Under the pieces are notes generated by a model. The model saw only the letters and a list, made by a program, of their open reading frames with translations, ran no database searches and was not told the origin of the DNA. Shown in pieces: positions 19,136 through 28,586 of a stretch of DNA of 64,000 bases. The number at the start of each line of letters is the position of its first letter. Positions within the stretch are counted from its first letter, which is position 1. The stretch lies in IMG/VR virus record IMGVR_UViG_3300009194_000010, positions 5,830 to 69,829 of that record; one strand, 5' to 3'. A program made the translations under genes and the position numbers. The stretch comes from a virus.

Positions 19136-19849
19136 TCAGGTAGTGGTGTTTTTGGGGATAAGCGTCACCTGTCCCGCTGAACACAACCCTAAGTCGAGAA
19201 TGCGTTCCATCATGCAGGTCGGACACAACAAACCCGCCCCTGGGGCTTTATGGGCGGGTTTTATCTGCTCCCAGATCTCATCATCGGCCAACAGATCCGC
19301 CCGGTAGGGGCGATGACACGATTGACAGAGACACCCGGACTGCTCCATCCTGTATTGTGGCTGTTTGGCATCCCGATACTGATGGTTGGGGGGTGTCATC
19401 TGCGGGTTCATTGATCCCGAGTAGGTACTCGGACCCCCGAACGGTGACGGACCAAACCCACGCTGAGGTCCCCATCCCTGGTGGGTGGGTTCTTGCGGGG
19501 GCATACTGGGACCGCCCCAGTGGTCCATTCCAGGCGGCGTGATTACCCCAGGCGGTTGGTGGGGTGGAATCATTCCGCGTGAGTGAAGGTTAAGATAAAC
19601 CTGCCATTCGTCTTCTTTGTTTACCGATGCCAAAGCACGGAGTTCATCCTTGATGGCCGTGGCCACGTAGGTATAGTCTTGTGGAGAAAATCGACCGAGT
19701 TCTTGACTGTTATAGGCGGCGAATGCCATGGCCTCGAACATCGTGGGGAAAGTGGCAATGAGAGGGCCGTTCTTTTCCACCGTACTAAAGACGTCGATTT
19801 TTTCTTTGTTAACAGCTACCAGACAGAACTGGCTAGATTGACCAAACAT
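19136..19849 (-). CDS. hypothetical protein with Pro/Gly-rich linker and C-terminal Cys (Zn-binding) domain
   Basis: CQSC...CPTC motifs, GAGGAG RBS. Confidence 0.7.
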   Translation of the reverse strand: MFGQSSQFCLVAVNKEKIDVFSTVEKNGPLIATFPTMFEAMAFAAYNSQELGRFSPQDYTYVATAIKDELRALASVNKEDEWQVYLNLHSRGMIPPHQPPGVITPPGMDHWGGPSMPPQEPTHQGWGPQRGFGPSPFGGPSTYSGSMNPQMTPPNHQYRDAKQPQYRMEQSGCLCQSCHRPYRADLLADDEIWEQIKPAHKAPGAGLLCPTCMMERILDLGLCSAGQVTLIPKNTTT

Positions 19850-19862
19850 GGTGTGTAACTCC

Positions 19863-20351
19863 TCAGTTGACAGTACAGTCCAGCTCGATGAATTGGTTGG
19901 TGGTGATGTGGATCTTGCGGTTCTCGCCCTTCAGGGTGGTGTAGATGAAGCCCTGCTGGAACAGTGCATCTTCCACGGAGACCCCACCTTGCCGGATCAG
20001 TGCGTCAGCGATCGCACAGAGTTGGGGAATCCATTCCTGTGCCAGGGAGGTCACGTCACCCTCGATTACGCCTTGCAGTCGATTCTCCAGTTGCAGGCAG
20101 GTACGGAAGGTAATCAGGTCCTGCACGAGGGCCTGGGTTTGGAGGCGCAGGGTCTCTGCCTTATCCATCGCGGCATAACTCCCCGTCGCCACGGTAGCGA
20201 GGGGCATAGCGGGGGTACGCTGATCGACGATTGCGGATTGAGCGAGTTGCAGTGACATAACAGTCTCCATCAGATTAGGTTGGGTAGTATCTTTTGCGGT
20301 ATGCACGTTAATAATGTAGACCTGTAAACTGGTGGAGTCCGCGCCAATCAT
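19863..20351 (-). CDS. hypothetical protein
   Basis: ORF divergent from the virion gene; start uncertain (possibly MSLQLA). Confidence 0.55.
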   Translation of the reverse strand: MIGADSTSLQVYIINVHTAKDTTQPNLMETVMSLQLAQSAIVDQRTPAMPLATVATGSYAAMDKAETLRLQTQALVQDLITFRTCLQLENRLQGVIEGDVTSLAQEWIPQLCAIADALIRQGGVSVEDALFQQGFIYTTLKGENRKIHITTNQFIELDCTVN

Positions 20352-20385
20352 GTGATCGCCTTATATCTCCCAACGGTGAACCCCC

Positions 20386-21615
20386 ATGTCCCCTACATTG
20401 AAAGATGTTTTCGACGCACAGTTTGATCAGGTCACGTTTGACCGCAAGCTCTGCGAACGCGTGATTCGTTTCTCGCAGTCCTACATGACCCGTAATGACG
20501 ACCACAGTGCTTTCTTTGGTGGTGTGTTGTTAGGCGTCAACCCGATTCGTTTTCTGGAGTCTGATCGCGAAGCGTGGTACGAGGACGTCCTGGATGTTGA
20601 TGAATCCTTATTGATGAACGAGTTCCGTAAGGTGCGTTCGATCAACCATGAGTTCAAGGTAATGGCGGATGTGTTCAACTACACGCCCATCTACCTGGCC
20701 CATCGGTTGGAGAAAGAAACCCGTATTCCCCAGCGCCTGCGTAAGGAAGCCCAGATCCACGGGTTCATGGTCCTGCATTATCGCTTCCTGACCAGTCTGT
20801 TGATCACCCGTTTCAAGTACCCGGCTGATCCGGCAGTTGCCCGTGCCACCTACAGCATGCTCTCGGGTCGTTATGACATTCGCCGTTACGGTTCCTGGCG
20901 TGCCCTGTTAGAAGCACGGAGCGAGGATCTGGTCTCTCCCAATTCCATCTATCGCCGCAGTATCCAGAACTTCTCCCCCGACCAGGGACTGATTCGTGTC
21001 GTCACTGACACCCAGGGACGTATCCGCGAAGTGGTCAAGAAAATCTACGCGGTATATCTGACCACCCTGGAATCCAACAGTCGGGTTTCTACTGTTAGTG
21101 CCACTACCGTCTCTACCGACGGGGAAATGCTCCTCAAGGACCGTAAGAGCGGTTACGCCGGGTATCTGCGTTATGCCAATGAAGTGATCCAATCCGAACG
21201 CAACTTCATTCGGGATGAATTGGTGGATGTGGTCGTATCGGCGATGCGTACCATGCCGGAACCGTTATTGCGGGAGAGCCTGCAATACCTGTCACGCAAC
21301 TACAACCAGCGTGGTCAACAGTACCTCGAAGAGATTGTCAAGGAAGACCTGCTGTATGTCTTTGACTATCTGCAGAGTAACCGGGCGGTTCTGCGTCAAG
21401 GCCGTGATCTGGCTGGTTTGATCTCACGTCTGCGTAACCAGTTAATGGCCTCTCGGTCATCGGACCCGTCCGTGTTGAAACTGCGGGAGCAAACAGAGAA
21501 GCTGGTCAAGAACTCTGTCAAAACGCGCAATCAACCCGTCATCGCCTCGGTGCGCACTGGTGTATTACTATACATTGCCCTTCGGGCACTTACTAAGCAA
21601 CATTATACTCAGTAA
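20386..21615 (+). CDS. putative virion structural protein (phiKZ gp32-like)
   Basis: 409-aa ORF; FFGGVLLGV and RTGVLLYI motifs recalled from this conserved phiKZ-like family. Confidence 0.65.
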   Translation: MSPTLKDVFDAQFDQVTFDRKLCERVIRFSQSYMTRNDDHSAFFGGVLLGVNPIRFLESDREAWYEDVLDVDESLLMNEFRKVRSINHEFKVMADVFNYTPIYLAHRLEKETRIPQRLRKEAQIHGFMVLHYRFLTSLLITRFKYPADPAVARATYSMLSGRYDIRRYGSWRALLEARSEDLVSPNSIYRRSIQNFSPDQGLIRVVTDTQGRIREVVKKIYAVYLTTLESNSRVSTVSATTVSTDGEMLLKDRKSGYAGYLRYANEVIQSERNFIRDELVDVVVSAMRTMPEPLLRESLQYLSRNYNQRGQQYLEEIVKEDLLYVFDYLQSNRAVLRQGRDLAGLISRLRNQLMASRSSDPSVLKLREQTEKLVKNSVKTRNQPVIASVRTGVLLYIALRALTKQHYTQ

Positions 21616-21938
21616 GGACACACCATGATATGTAGATAGACACTACGCCGCGTTGGTCACCAATGGGTTCCCTTTCGAGGGAACCCGCTTATGCCACCTC
21701 CCTTTTATTTTTGATAGTCAATCGACCCATAACGGTCATAGACAGCGTTACTCGACCGACCCAGTATGGTGGGGTACCTAGCCCGTAAAACGCCTTAGAA
21801 CGACGCTTTGGTGGTCCTGTGATGGGGTCGCTGTAAGCCGCATTGGGTGGGGTTTTCCCGTTAATTTACTCAGAGTACTATGATATGCCCGAAAGGAAAA
21901 GACTTTAGATTTTCCATCATCAACGAACGAGAATTCCC

Positions 21939-22895
21939 ATGAGCCAAGACGTCAAAACCGCCACGCAGGCCACCACCGAAGTACCGATGCAATTACCCTC
22001 CCTGGACATCTGGGAGTCGAAGTATCGTCTGCGTGATCGCCACGGTAACCCGGTTGACGCTACTGTTTACGACACCCACAAACGTGTCGCTAAAGCCCTC
22101 GCCCTGGTCGAGGGCGATGCTGCCCCTGAATGGGCCGCTAAGTTCATGTGGGCGCTGGAGAACGGCGCGATCCCCGCGGGTCGTATTACCTCCAACGCTG
22201 GCGCTTCGGAGCATAAAACCGCGGTATCCCTGATCAACTGTACGGTATCCCAAAACGTCCGTGATTCCATGGCCGATATCCTGGACTCGGTCTCAGCTGC
22301 CGGCCTGACCCTGAAAGCGGGCTGTGGTATTGGGTACTGCTTCTCGACCATTCGTCCACGGGGTGCTTACGTCCATGGCGCTGGTGCAGGCACCAATGGT
22401 CCGCTGGCCTTTATGGACATCTTCGACAAGATGTGTTTCACCGTGGCCTCCGCGGGTGGTCGACGCGGTGCCCAGATGGGAACCTTCGACGTGTCCCATC
22501 CCGATGTCGAGGAGTTTATCGATGCCAAACGCGAAGATGGTCGCCTGCGTCAGTTCAATCTGTCGCTGCTGATCACCGATGAATTCGTGGAAGCCGTCAA
22601 ACAGGATGCCGAATGGCCGCTGATCTTCCCGGTGAAGGCCGAAGAATATTCGGACCTGTCTGTGGAGAACATTGTCTATCGTGATTGGCCGGTGATTGAA
22701 GACGACTACATTGTCGATGATGAAGGGCGTGTTGCCTGCCGGGTGTACCGTCGGGTAAATGCTCGTTCGCTGTGGGCCAAGATCATGGAGTCCACTTACG
22801 ACTACGCCGAGCCGGGCTTCATTCTGATCGATGCGGTCAACCGCATGAACAACAACTGGTGGTGCGAAACCATCACCGCAACCAACCCGTGTGGT
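21939..22895 (+). CDS. nrdJa: class II (B12-dependent) ribonucleotide reductase large subunit, exon 1
   Basis: PAGRI, SLINC, GRRGAQM, FNLS, EPG and TNPCG motifs; ends at the intron 5' splice site. Confidence 0.9.
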
Positions 22896-23139
22896 AAAGC
22901 GTTTGCCTCACGTTAAACATCGGGTGAACTCAGGGAAGCCTTCTCGTCAAAGACGATGGTAATCCTGAGCCAAGCTGGCTGAAGACGCAAGCGTAAGCCA
23001 GAAGGTGCAGAGACTAGGTGGTGAGGACGTCAACCAATAACCCACCCACGAGCGCCCGACATCGTAAACGATGAAGATATAGTCCGACACTCCAGCGAAA
23101 GCCGGAGAGGTGAGATAAAGAGCTCACCATTAACTGATG
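22896..23139 (+). mobile_element. group I self-splicing intron, 244 nt, no internal ORF
   Basis: Exon ends in U within P1 GGUAAA/UUUGCC (U-G pair); GUGCAGAGACUA (R) and GAAGAUAUAGUCC (S) elements; terminal G; excision restores TNPCG-EQPLPP in frame. Confidence 0.92.
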
Positions 23140-24297
23140 GAACAACCCCTCCCCCCGGAAGGCGCGTGCCTGCTTGGGAGCATCAACCTGACCAAGTTCG
23201 TGCTCGATCCGTTCACCGACAAGGCCCGTTTCGATTGGGACCGGTATCGCGAAGTGGTGGCGGTGTTCACTCGGATGCTGGATAATGTGGTTGAGATCAA
23301 TGGTCTCCCGCTGGATAACCAACGTCACGAGATCGAACACAAACGCCGTCACGGTATGGGATATCTGGGCTTGGGCTCGACCCTGACCATGCTGGGCATG
23401 CCTTACGGTAAATACGAGTCGATCATCTTTACCGACGAAGTCACCCGCGAGCTGGCGATGGTTGGTTGGGAACAAGCATTCGAACTGGCCAAAGAGAAAG
23501 GCCCGGCCCCGATCATGACCGAGGAGTTCGAGGTCACCCCGAAGATGTTGCGTCAGCGTCCGCAGATGGTCAAGGATGGCTACAAGGTCGGTGATAAAGT
23601 GGCTGGTCGTATCCTGCACGCTAAGTACAGTGAATACATGGCCCGTATTGCCAAGGTCAATCCTGAGCTGGTGGATAAGCTGGCCAAAGTGGGGGCGCGT
23701 TTTACCCACCATTCATCTATCGCCCCGACGGGAACCATTTCCTTGTCGTTGGGTAACAATGCCTCCAACGGTATCGAGCCGAGCTTCTCGCATCGCTACT
23801 ACCGTAACATCATCCAGTCGGGCAAGAAGACCAAGGAGCAGGTGGAAGTCGCCTCCTTCGAACTGCTGGCCTATCGCCACTTCGTCAAGCCCGATGCCGT
23901 GGAAGAGGATCTGCCGGAGTACTTTGTCACGGCCGATAACATCACGCCGGAAGAACACGTCCTGGTGCAATCCGCCTCACAATACTGGATCGATTCGTCG
24001 ATCTCCAAGACGGTTAACGTACCGACCGAGTTCCCGTTCGACCGGTTCGAGAACCTGTACATGGATGCCTACGAGCGGGGTCTGAAGGGCTGCACCACCT
24101 TCCGCTTTAACCCGGCCGCCTTCCAGGGTGTGTTGGTGCGTGAAGATGACCTCAAGGACACCACTTACGTATTCACTCTCGACACCGGTGAAACGGTAGA
24201 GCTGGCTGGTAATGAAAAGGTCATCTACGACGGTGAAGAGCATGTGGCCGCCAACCTGTACGATGCGCTCAAGGAAGGCACCTACGGTAAGTGGTAA
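23140..24297 (+). CDS. nrdJa: class II ribonucleotide reductase large subunit, exon 2
   Basis: EQPLPPEGACLLGSINL, RRHGMG, IAPTGTIS, SNGIEP, SISKTVN and LKGCTTFR motifs; spliced product 704 aa. Confidence 0.9.
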   Translation, partial: EQPLPPEGACLLGSINLTKFVLDPFTDKARFDWDRYREVVAVFTRMLDNVVEINGLPLDNQRHEIEHKRRHGMGYLGLGSTLTMLGMPYGKYESIIFTDEVTRELAMVGWEQAFELAKEKGPAPIMTEEFEVTPKMLRQRPQMVKDGYKVGDKVAGRILHAKYSEYMARIAKVNPELVDKLAKVGARFTHHSSIAPTGTISLSLGNNASNGIEPSFSHRYYRNIIQSGKKTKEQVEVASFELLAYRHFVKPDAVEEDLPEYFVTADNITPEEHVLVQSASQYWIDSSISKTVNVPTEFPFDRFENLYMDAYERGLKGCTTFRFNPAAFQGVLVREDDLKDTTYVFTLDTGETVELAGNEKVIYDGEEHVAANLYDALKEGTYGKW

Positions 24298-24369
24298 GAC
24301 CTGAACAATCGACATAACCCCTCCCCGACCTGGGGAGGGTATCGCTAACGAGACAGAGCAACGACGATC

Positions 24370-25134
24370 ATGGCAACTGAACTAAACGGTAAAATCGTTT
24401 CCTACGCTATCAAGAAAGATAATGATGAAGCCGCCGCTCCGGTGGTAACGGACATTGACCCGCTGACCTTGCGTATCGAGTCCCGCCCGGAAGGTGCCCT
24501 GGAAGCGGTGTCGGAAAAGATTTCCATGGTAGGTGCCGAAGGCAAGAAGAAGATCTACGTACTGGTCTCCTTCATGCCCGTCACCGGCATCAAAGATGGC
24601 AAGGAAATCACCATTGAACGCCCGGTGGAATTCTTTATCCCCTCCGGTCAACTGTCCACTGAACACCAGTGGGTGACAGCGACCATGCGGAGTCTCTCCC
24701 TGGCAGCACGCGGTGGCTACGCGACCCAAGCCCTCCAGGATCTACGTAAGGTTGCGTGGGACAAGGGCCTGGTACGGTGTGGCTGGAACAAGTACGGTAA
24801 GCCGGCCTTCCACGACTCGGAAGTCGCCGCTATTGCTTGGGCGATCCAACAGATCCTGCTGCGCCGTGGGTTCCTTGATGATGAAGGTTTCCAGGAACCG
24901 CTGGATAAGCTGATTCATTCCCACAACGTGCGGTATGGTAAAGTCCACGTGGACTTCGACCCGAGCCAGATCACCAACGTTGGTCCCGACGATCCCGCGG
25001 TAGCAACTGTGGACACCCCGTCAACCCCCAGCAAGAATTCTGTGGGTAACTGCCCGGAGTGTCGTGGTGAGCTGCAACTGATGGACGGTTGTCCGACCTG
25101 CGTGGAAGGCTGTGGTTGGAGCAAGTGCGGTTAA
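24370..25134 (+). CDS. nrdJb: NrdJb subunit (TSCPD-type domain with C-terminal CPEC...GCPTC...CGWSKCG)
   Basis: Directly downstream of nrdJa; characteristic C-terminal cysteine cluster. Confidence 0.85.
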   Translation: MATELNGKIVSYAIKKDNDEAAAPVVTDIDPLTLRIESRPEGALEAVSEKISMVGAEGKKKIYVLVSFMPVTGIKDGKEITIERPVEFFIPSGQLSTEHQWVTATMRSLSLAARGGYATQALQDLRKVAWDKGLVRCGWNKYGKPAFHDSEVAAIAWAIQQILLRRGFLDDEGFQEPLDKLIHSHNVRYGKVHVDFDPSQITNVGPDDPAVATVDTPSTPSKNSVGNCPECRGELQLMDGCPTCVEGCGWSKCG

Positions 25135-25182
25135 CGACACGGCCCCGTCACAGGCGGGGCTTTGTTTAACCCAGGAGGTAAC

Positions 25183-25545
25183 ATGGCCCATTGTGGTAAA
25201 ACCCAACCGACACCCATGGCGAGTCCCTGTACCCGCCAGTGTGGGTTGATCAAAGGTCATCTCTGCCAAGGCTGTTACCGAACCCGCCACGAAATCATGG
25301 GATGGAGTCGCATGTCAGCTAGTGATCGCATGGCATTGATGCAACAACTCAAAGGACAGGTCTCCACACACGACTGTCCGAGCTGTACGGGCCCGGCCTA
25401 TTGTGCCATGGAAGCCGGTAAGTCAGCGTCACTGTGTTGGTGCATGGAAGAAGAATGTACCACCAATGTGAACACCGATTATGGCGACAAGTGCCTGTGT
25501 CGTCAGTGTTTAGCGAAGGAACACCTCGCAACGGAAGTCACGTAA
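25183..25545 (+). CDS. Cys-rich protein: DUF1289-like domain plus cysteine-rich CWC-like domain
   Basis: SPCTRQC...CQGCYRTRHEIMGW, then CPSC...C...CWC...CLCRQC; GGAGG RBS before ATG 25183. Confidence 0.75.
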   Translation: MAHCGKTQPTPMASPCTRQCGLIKGHLCQGCYRTRHEIMGWSRMSASDRMALMQQLKGQVSTHDCPSCTGPAYCAMEAGKSASLCWCMEEECTTNVNTDYGDKCLCRQCLAKEHLATEVT

Positions 25546-25569
25546 TACCGAATTATCACGGAGACCAAG

Positions 25570-25896
25570 ATGCAGTTATCAATTACGCCCGCCGCTGCTA
25601 AACAGATCCGTCAGGTCATCGACGAACAAGGCCATGGTGAGGGCCTGCGAGTTTCCGTTAAACCCAGCGGATGTTCCGGGTATAGTTATGTCCTTGGGAT
25701 TGCCGATTGGATTGATCTGGACGATGCTGTTGTTGAGGATCAGGGCGTTGCCGTCATTGTTGCCCCCGAAGCAGTCTCAATGGTTGACGGTAGTGAAATC
25801 GACTACGTCACGGAAGGACTCAATCGTTTCTTCCGGTTCAACAACCCCAATGTGCAAGACGAGTGTGGGTGTGGTGAAAGTTTCAGTATCGATTGA
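25570..25896 (+). CDS. iscA: A-type Fe-S cluster carrier (IscA/SufA/HesB family)
   Basis: GCSGYSY, DGSEIDY and FNNPN...CGCGESF motifs. Confidence 0.9.
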   Translation: MQLSITPAAAKQIRQVIDEQGHGEGLRVSVKPSGCSGYSYVLGIADWIDLDDAVVEDQGVAVIVAPEAVSMVDGSEIDYVTEGLNRFFRFNNPNVQDECGCGESFSID

Positions 25897-25935
25897 CAAA
25901 CCCAACCTGAAGAAGCTGTTTGCACAGGAGGTCAA

Positions 25936-26085
25936 ATGACACCCGAACAACCTATACGTAGCTCAGACCAGACGGTATTTCCTATAGAGACGATTGGTGA
26001 AGAACCCAAAGGTAATCGTCACGAACGCCGTTTTGCGGCAAAACAACAACGGTCACAACGACCCATTCGTTCACGGCGTTCCTAA
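25936..26085 (+). CDS. 49-aa basic small protein (...GNRHERRFAAKQQR...)
   Basis: AGGAGG RBS; translated by hand. Confidence 0.55.
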   Translation: MTPEQPIRSSDQTVFPIETIGEEPKGNRHERRFAAKQQRSQRPIRSRRS

Positions 26086-26100
26086 AAGAGGAAGCAATAC

Positions 26101-26277
26101 ATGTCAGCATCTTTTGCAGTTAACCGCCAGGTTCCCGCTCACGAAAAGGCCCGTTTTCTAGGCGCTGGGCTGGGTGATAGTTACGTCACCCATCAGCTCG
26201 AATACCCGAGTACGACCTACCACAATCCACCAACACCGAAGAAGCGGTGGTGGCAATGTTTGGCGTTTTGGCGGTAA
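26101..26277 (+). CDS. 58-aa small protein ending KKRWWQCLAFWR
   Basis: GAGG RBS; ends just before a terminator hairpin. Confidence 0.55.
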   Translation: MSASFAVNRQVPAHEKARFLGAGLGDSYVTHQLEYPSTTYHNPPTPKKRWWQCLAFWR

Positions 26278-26381
26278 AATCCCCTCCCCGCCTGGGGAGG
26301 GCTCTATGCCGTCTTTGTCACAAAGAGGACCAATCATTATAGAACATACCTATTCCGCACCGTCGACACAGGTGAGCCGTC

Positions 26382-28550
26382 ATGATATTCCACCGCACGG
26401 ATTGGATACGCTTCCCCAATGCGGTCGTTGACTATAATACCGATAATGAATCGTTCAAACGACTGGTCTATCTCTACAAGGAGATGGGCATTGAGAATGC
26501 TGAGTTCCCGCTGGCGTTAATGCAGCCCGAACTCTCGGGAGTGGATCCGTTTGATGAAAACCTCTCTAAGGAAATCAAGTTCAAGATTGCCTTGGAATGC
26601 AAATATAACCCCTGGTATTACTTCCGCGAGATTTGCCGTATTCCACCTAACGCGGGTACGGTGCCGATCCGCTTCCAGGCCAACCGGGGCAACATTGCCT
26701 TGATTTGGTCGTTCTTTAACCATGTGGACTTTGGATTGCTCCAACCCCGTCAGACGGGTAAATCGGTATCGACTGACTGTTTGATGGTCGGGGTACAGTT
26801 TATCTGGGCGGCCAACACGACCTCGTATCTGATCACCAAAGATAACTCACTGCGTAACAACAACATCGAACGTCTTAAGGAGATTCGTGATCTCCTACCG
26901 GATTACATTTATTACCCCAACCGTAATGATGCCGACAACAACGAGATGATGACCAACATCGAAGACGGCAACTATTACAAGACGGCGGTGGGGCGTAATG
27001 ATCGGGTCGGTGCCGATAAGCTGGGTCGTGGTTTGACCGTGCCTATCTTGCATATCGATGAGCTGGCGTTCATTAACCAGATTGAACTGTCGCTTCCCGT
27101 GGCTCTGTCATCGGGCTCAGCGGCACGCGATGAAGCACGCGCGGCTAACCAACCCTTTGGTAACATCTACACGACAACGGCAGGTAACATCAACTCCCGC
27201 GATGGTGCTTACGCCTACAAGTTTATGACCGGTGGGGCCCCGTGGAGTGAGAAGTATCTGGATGCGGGTTCATCCGAACGACTTGCTGAAATCGTGGAGC
27301 GTAACTCTACCGGGTTAAAGCCATTGATCTATGGTGCCTTCAATCATCGGCAGTTGGGTAAGACCGATGAGTGGTTGTACCGTAAGCTGCGTGAATCCAA
27401 CTCCTCAGGTGAGCTGGCAGATCGTGACTACTTTAACATCTGGACCAGTGGTAACGAGGGGACCCCGCTGTCCACTGAGGAGAAACACAACGTCAAGGGC
27501 AGTGAGCGCGAGGTACTGCACACCGAGATCACCGAGGACGGCTACGCCATTCGCTGGTATATTCCGTACCATGAAATTGCGGATCGCATGGCCAGCGGAC
27601 ACTACGTGATGGGCATTGACCCCAGTGAAGCCTTGGGGGAGGAGAACGATGCCACGGGTATGGTGATCATTGATGCCAATACTCACGATGTCATCTGTAC
27701 GGGCCGGTATAACGAAACCAACCTGACGCGGATGAGTATCTTCATTGCCAATATGTTGATCCGTTTCCCGAACCTGACATTGATCCCCGAGCGCAAGTCC
27801 TCCGGTACGGCATTGTTGGATACCATGTTTATCCATCTGCCGGTGAAAGGGGTGGATCCCTTCAAGCGGATCTACAACCGGATCGTCGATGAACCGGAAA
27901 CCTTCAGGACTGAATTCCGGGAGATCCAGAAACCACTGGGGTCACGACCGTCGTACTTCTACGATCGGTTCAAGAAATACTTCGGGTTCAATACTACCGG
28001 CGCGGGTCGCCATGCCCGTGATGCCCTGTATGGGGAAGCCTTGAAATCCGCCCTGCGTTTAGGCTCCAAGCGGGTGTACGATAAGACCCTGATCAATGAG
28101 TTGTTGTCACTGACCATTCGTAATGGACGCATTGACCACTCAGCAGGGAACCATGACGACATGGTGATCTCCTGGCTGCTAACGCACTGGTTCTGTACCA
28201 AGGCCCGTCATCTGCACAGTTACGGCATTGATGCTGCCCGCATCTTCTCGGCAGCGATCAACAACCCTGACGAGATGACCCCGGAAGAGCAGTTCAAGCG
28301 TGAGCAACAACAGCGTTACCAAGAAGAGTTCAATGGATTAGTGGAGGAGTTGAAAACGGCCCAAGATCCGATGATCATTCAGAAACTGGAAATGAAACTT
28401 CGTCAGCTCTCCGGACGCATTGATGTTCAGGAGATGATGGGAGTGGGCATTGACGCGATGATTCGTCAAGCCCAGGAAGAACGGAGTCGTAAATCCAAAC
28501 TGCAACGGTTTACCTCGCGAGCGGGAAAACGTCTGCGCTTGGTGGCATAA
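26382..28550 (+). CDS. terL: terminase large subunit (phiKZ gp25-like)
   Basis: YNPWYYFRE, Walker A PRQTGKS, Walker B LHIDE, TTTAG, nuclease GIDPS and HDDMVISW. Confidence 0.9.
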   Translation: MIFHRTDWIRFPNAVVDYNTDNESFKRLVYLYKEMGIENAEFPLALMQPELSGVDPFDENLSKEIKFKIALECKYNPWYYFREICRIPPNAGTVPIRFQANRGNIALIWSFFNHVDFGLLQPRQTGKSVSTDCLMVGVQFIWAANTTSYLITKDNSLRNNNIERLKEIRDLLPDYIYYPNRNDADNNEMMTNIEDGNYYKTAVGRNDRVGADKLGRGLTVPILHIDELAFINQIELSLPVALSSGSAARDEARAANQPFGNIYTTTAGNINSRDGAYAYKFMTGGAPWSEKYLDAGSSERLAEIVERNSTGLKPLIYGAFNHRQLGKTDEWLYRKLRESNSSGELADRDYFNIWTSGNEGTPLSTEEKHNVKGSEREVLHTEITEDGYAIRWYIPYHEIADRMASGHYVMGIDPSEALGEENDATGMVIIDANTHDVICTGRYNETNLTRMSIFIANMLIRFPNLTLIPERKSSGTALLDTMFIHLPVKGVDPFKRIYNRIVDEPETFRTEFREIQKPLGSRPSYFYDRFKKYFGFNTTGAGRHARDALYGEALKSALRLGSKRVYDKTLINELLSLTIRNGRIDHSAGNHDDMVISWLLTHWFCTKARHLHSYGIDAARIFSAAINNPDEMTPEEQFKREQQQRYQEEFNGLVEELKTAQDPMIIQKLEMKLRQLSGRIDVQEMMGVGIDAMIRQAQEERSRKSKLQRFTSRAGKRLRLVA

Positions 28551-28586
28551 AAGATGGCTCCCCCAGTCGGGGGAGCCTGTCTGCCG

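Noticed and set aside
21620-21900. Cobalamin riboswitch or ncRNA upstream of nrdJa
   Set aside because: No recognisable B12-box; only a terminator, weak inverted repeats and a promoter motif.
23014-23712. 232-aa antisense ORF as an intron-encoded endonuclease
   Set aside because: Lies mostly opposite exon 2 and has no nuclease motifs.
21939-24297. nrdJ pseudogene or two separate genes
   Set aside because: The gap has group I intron hallmarks and its excision restores the frame.
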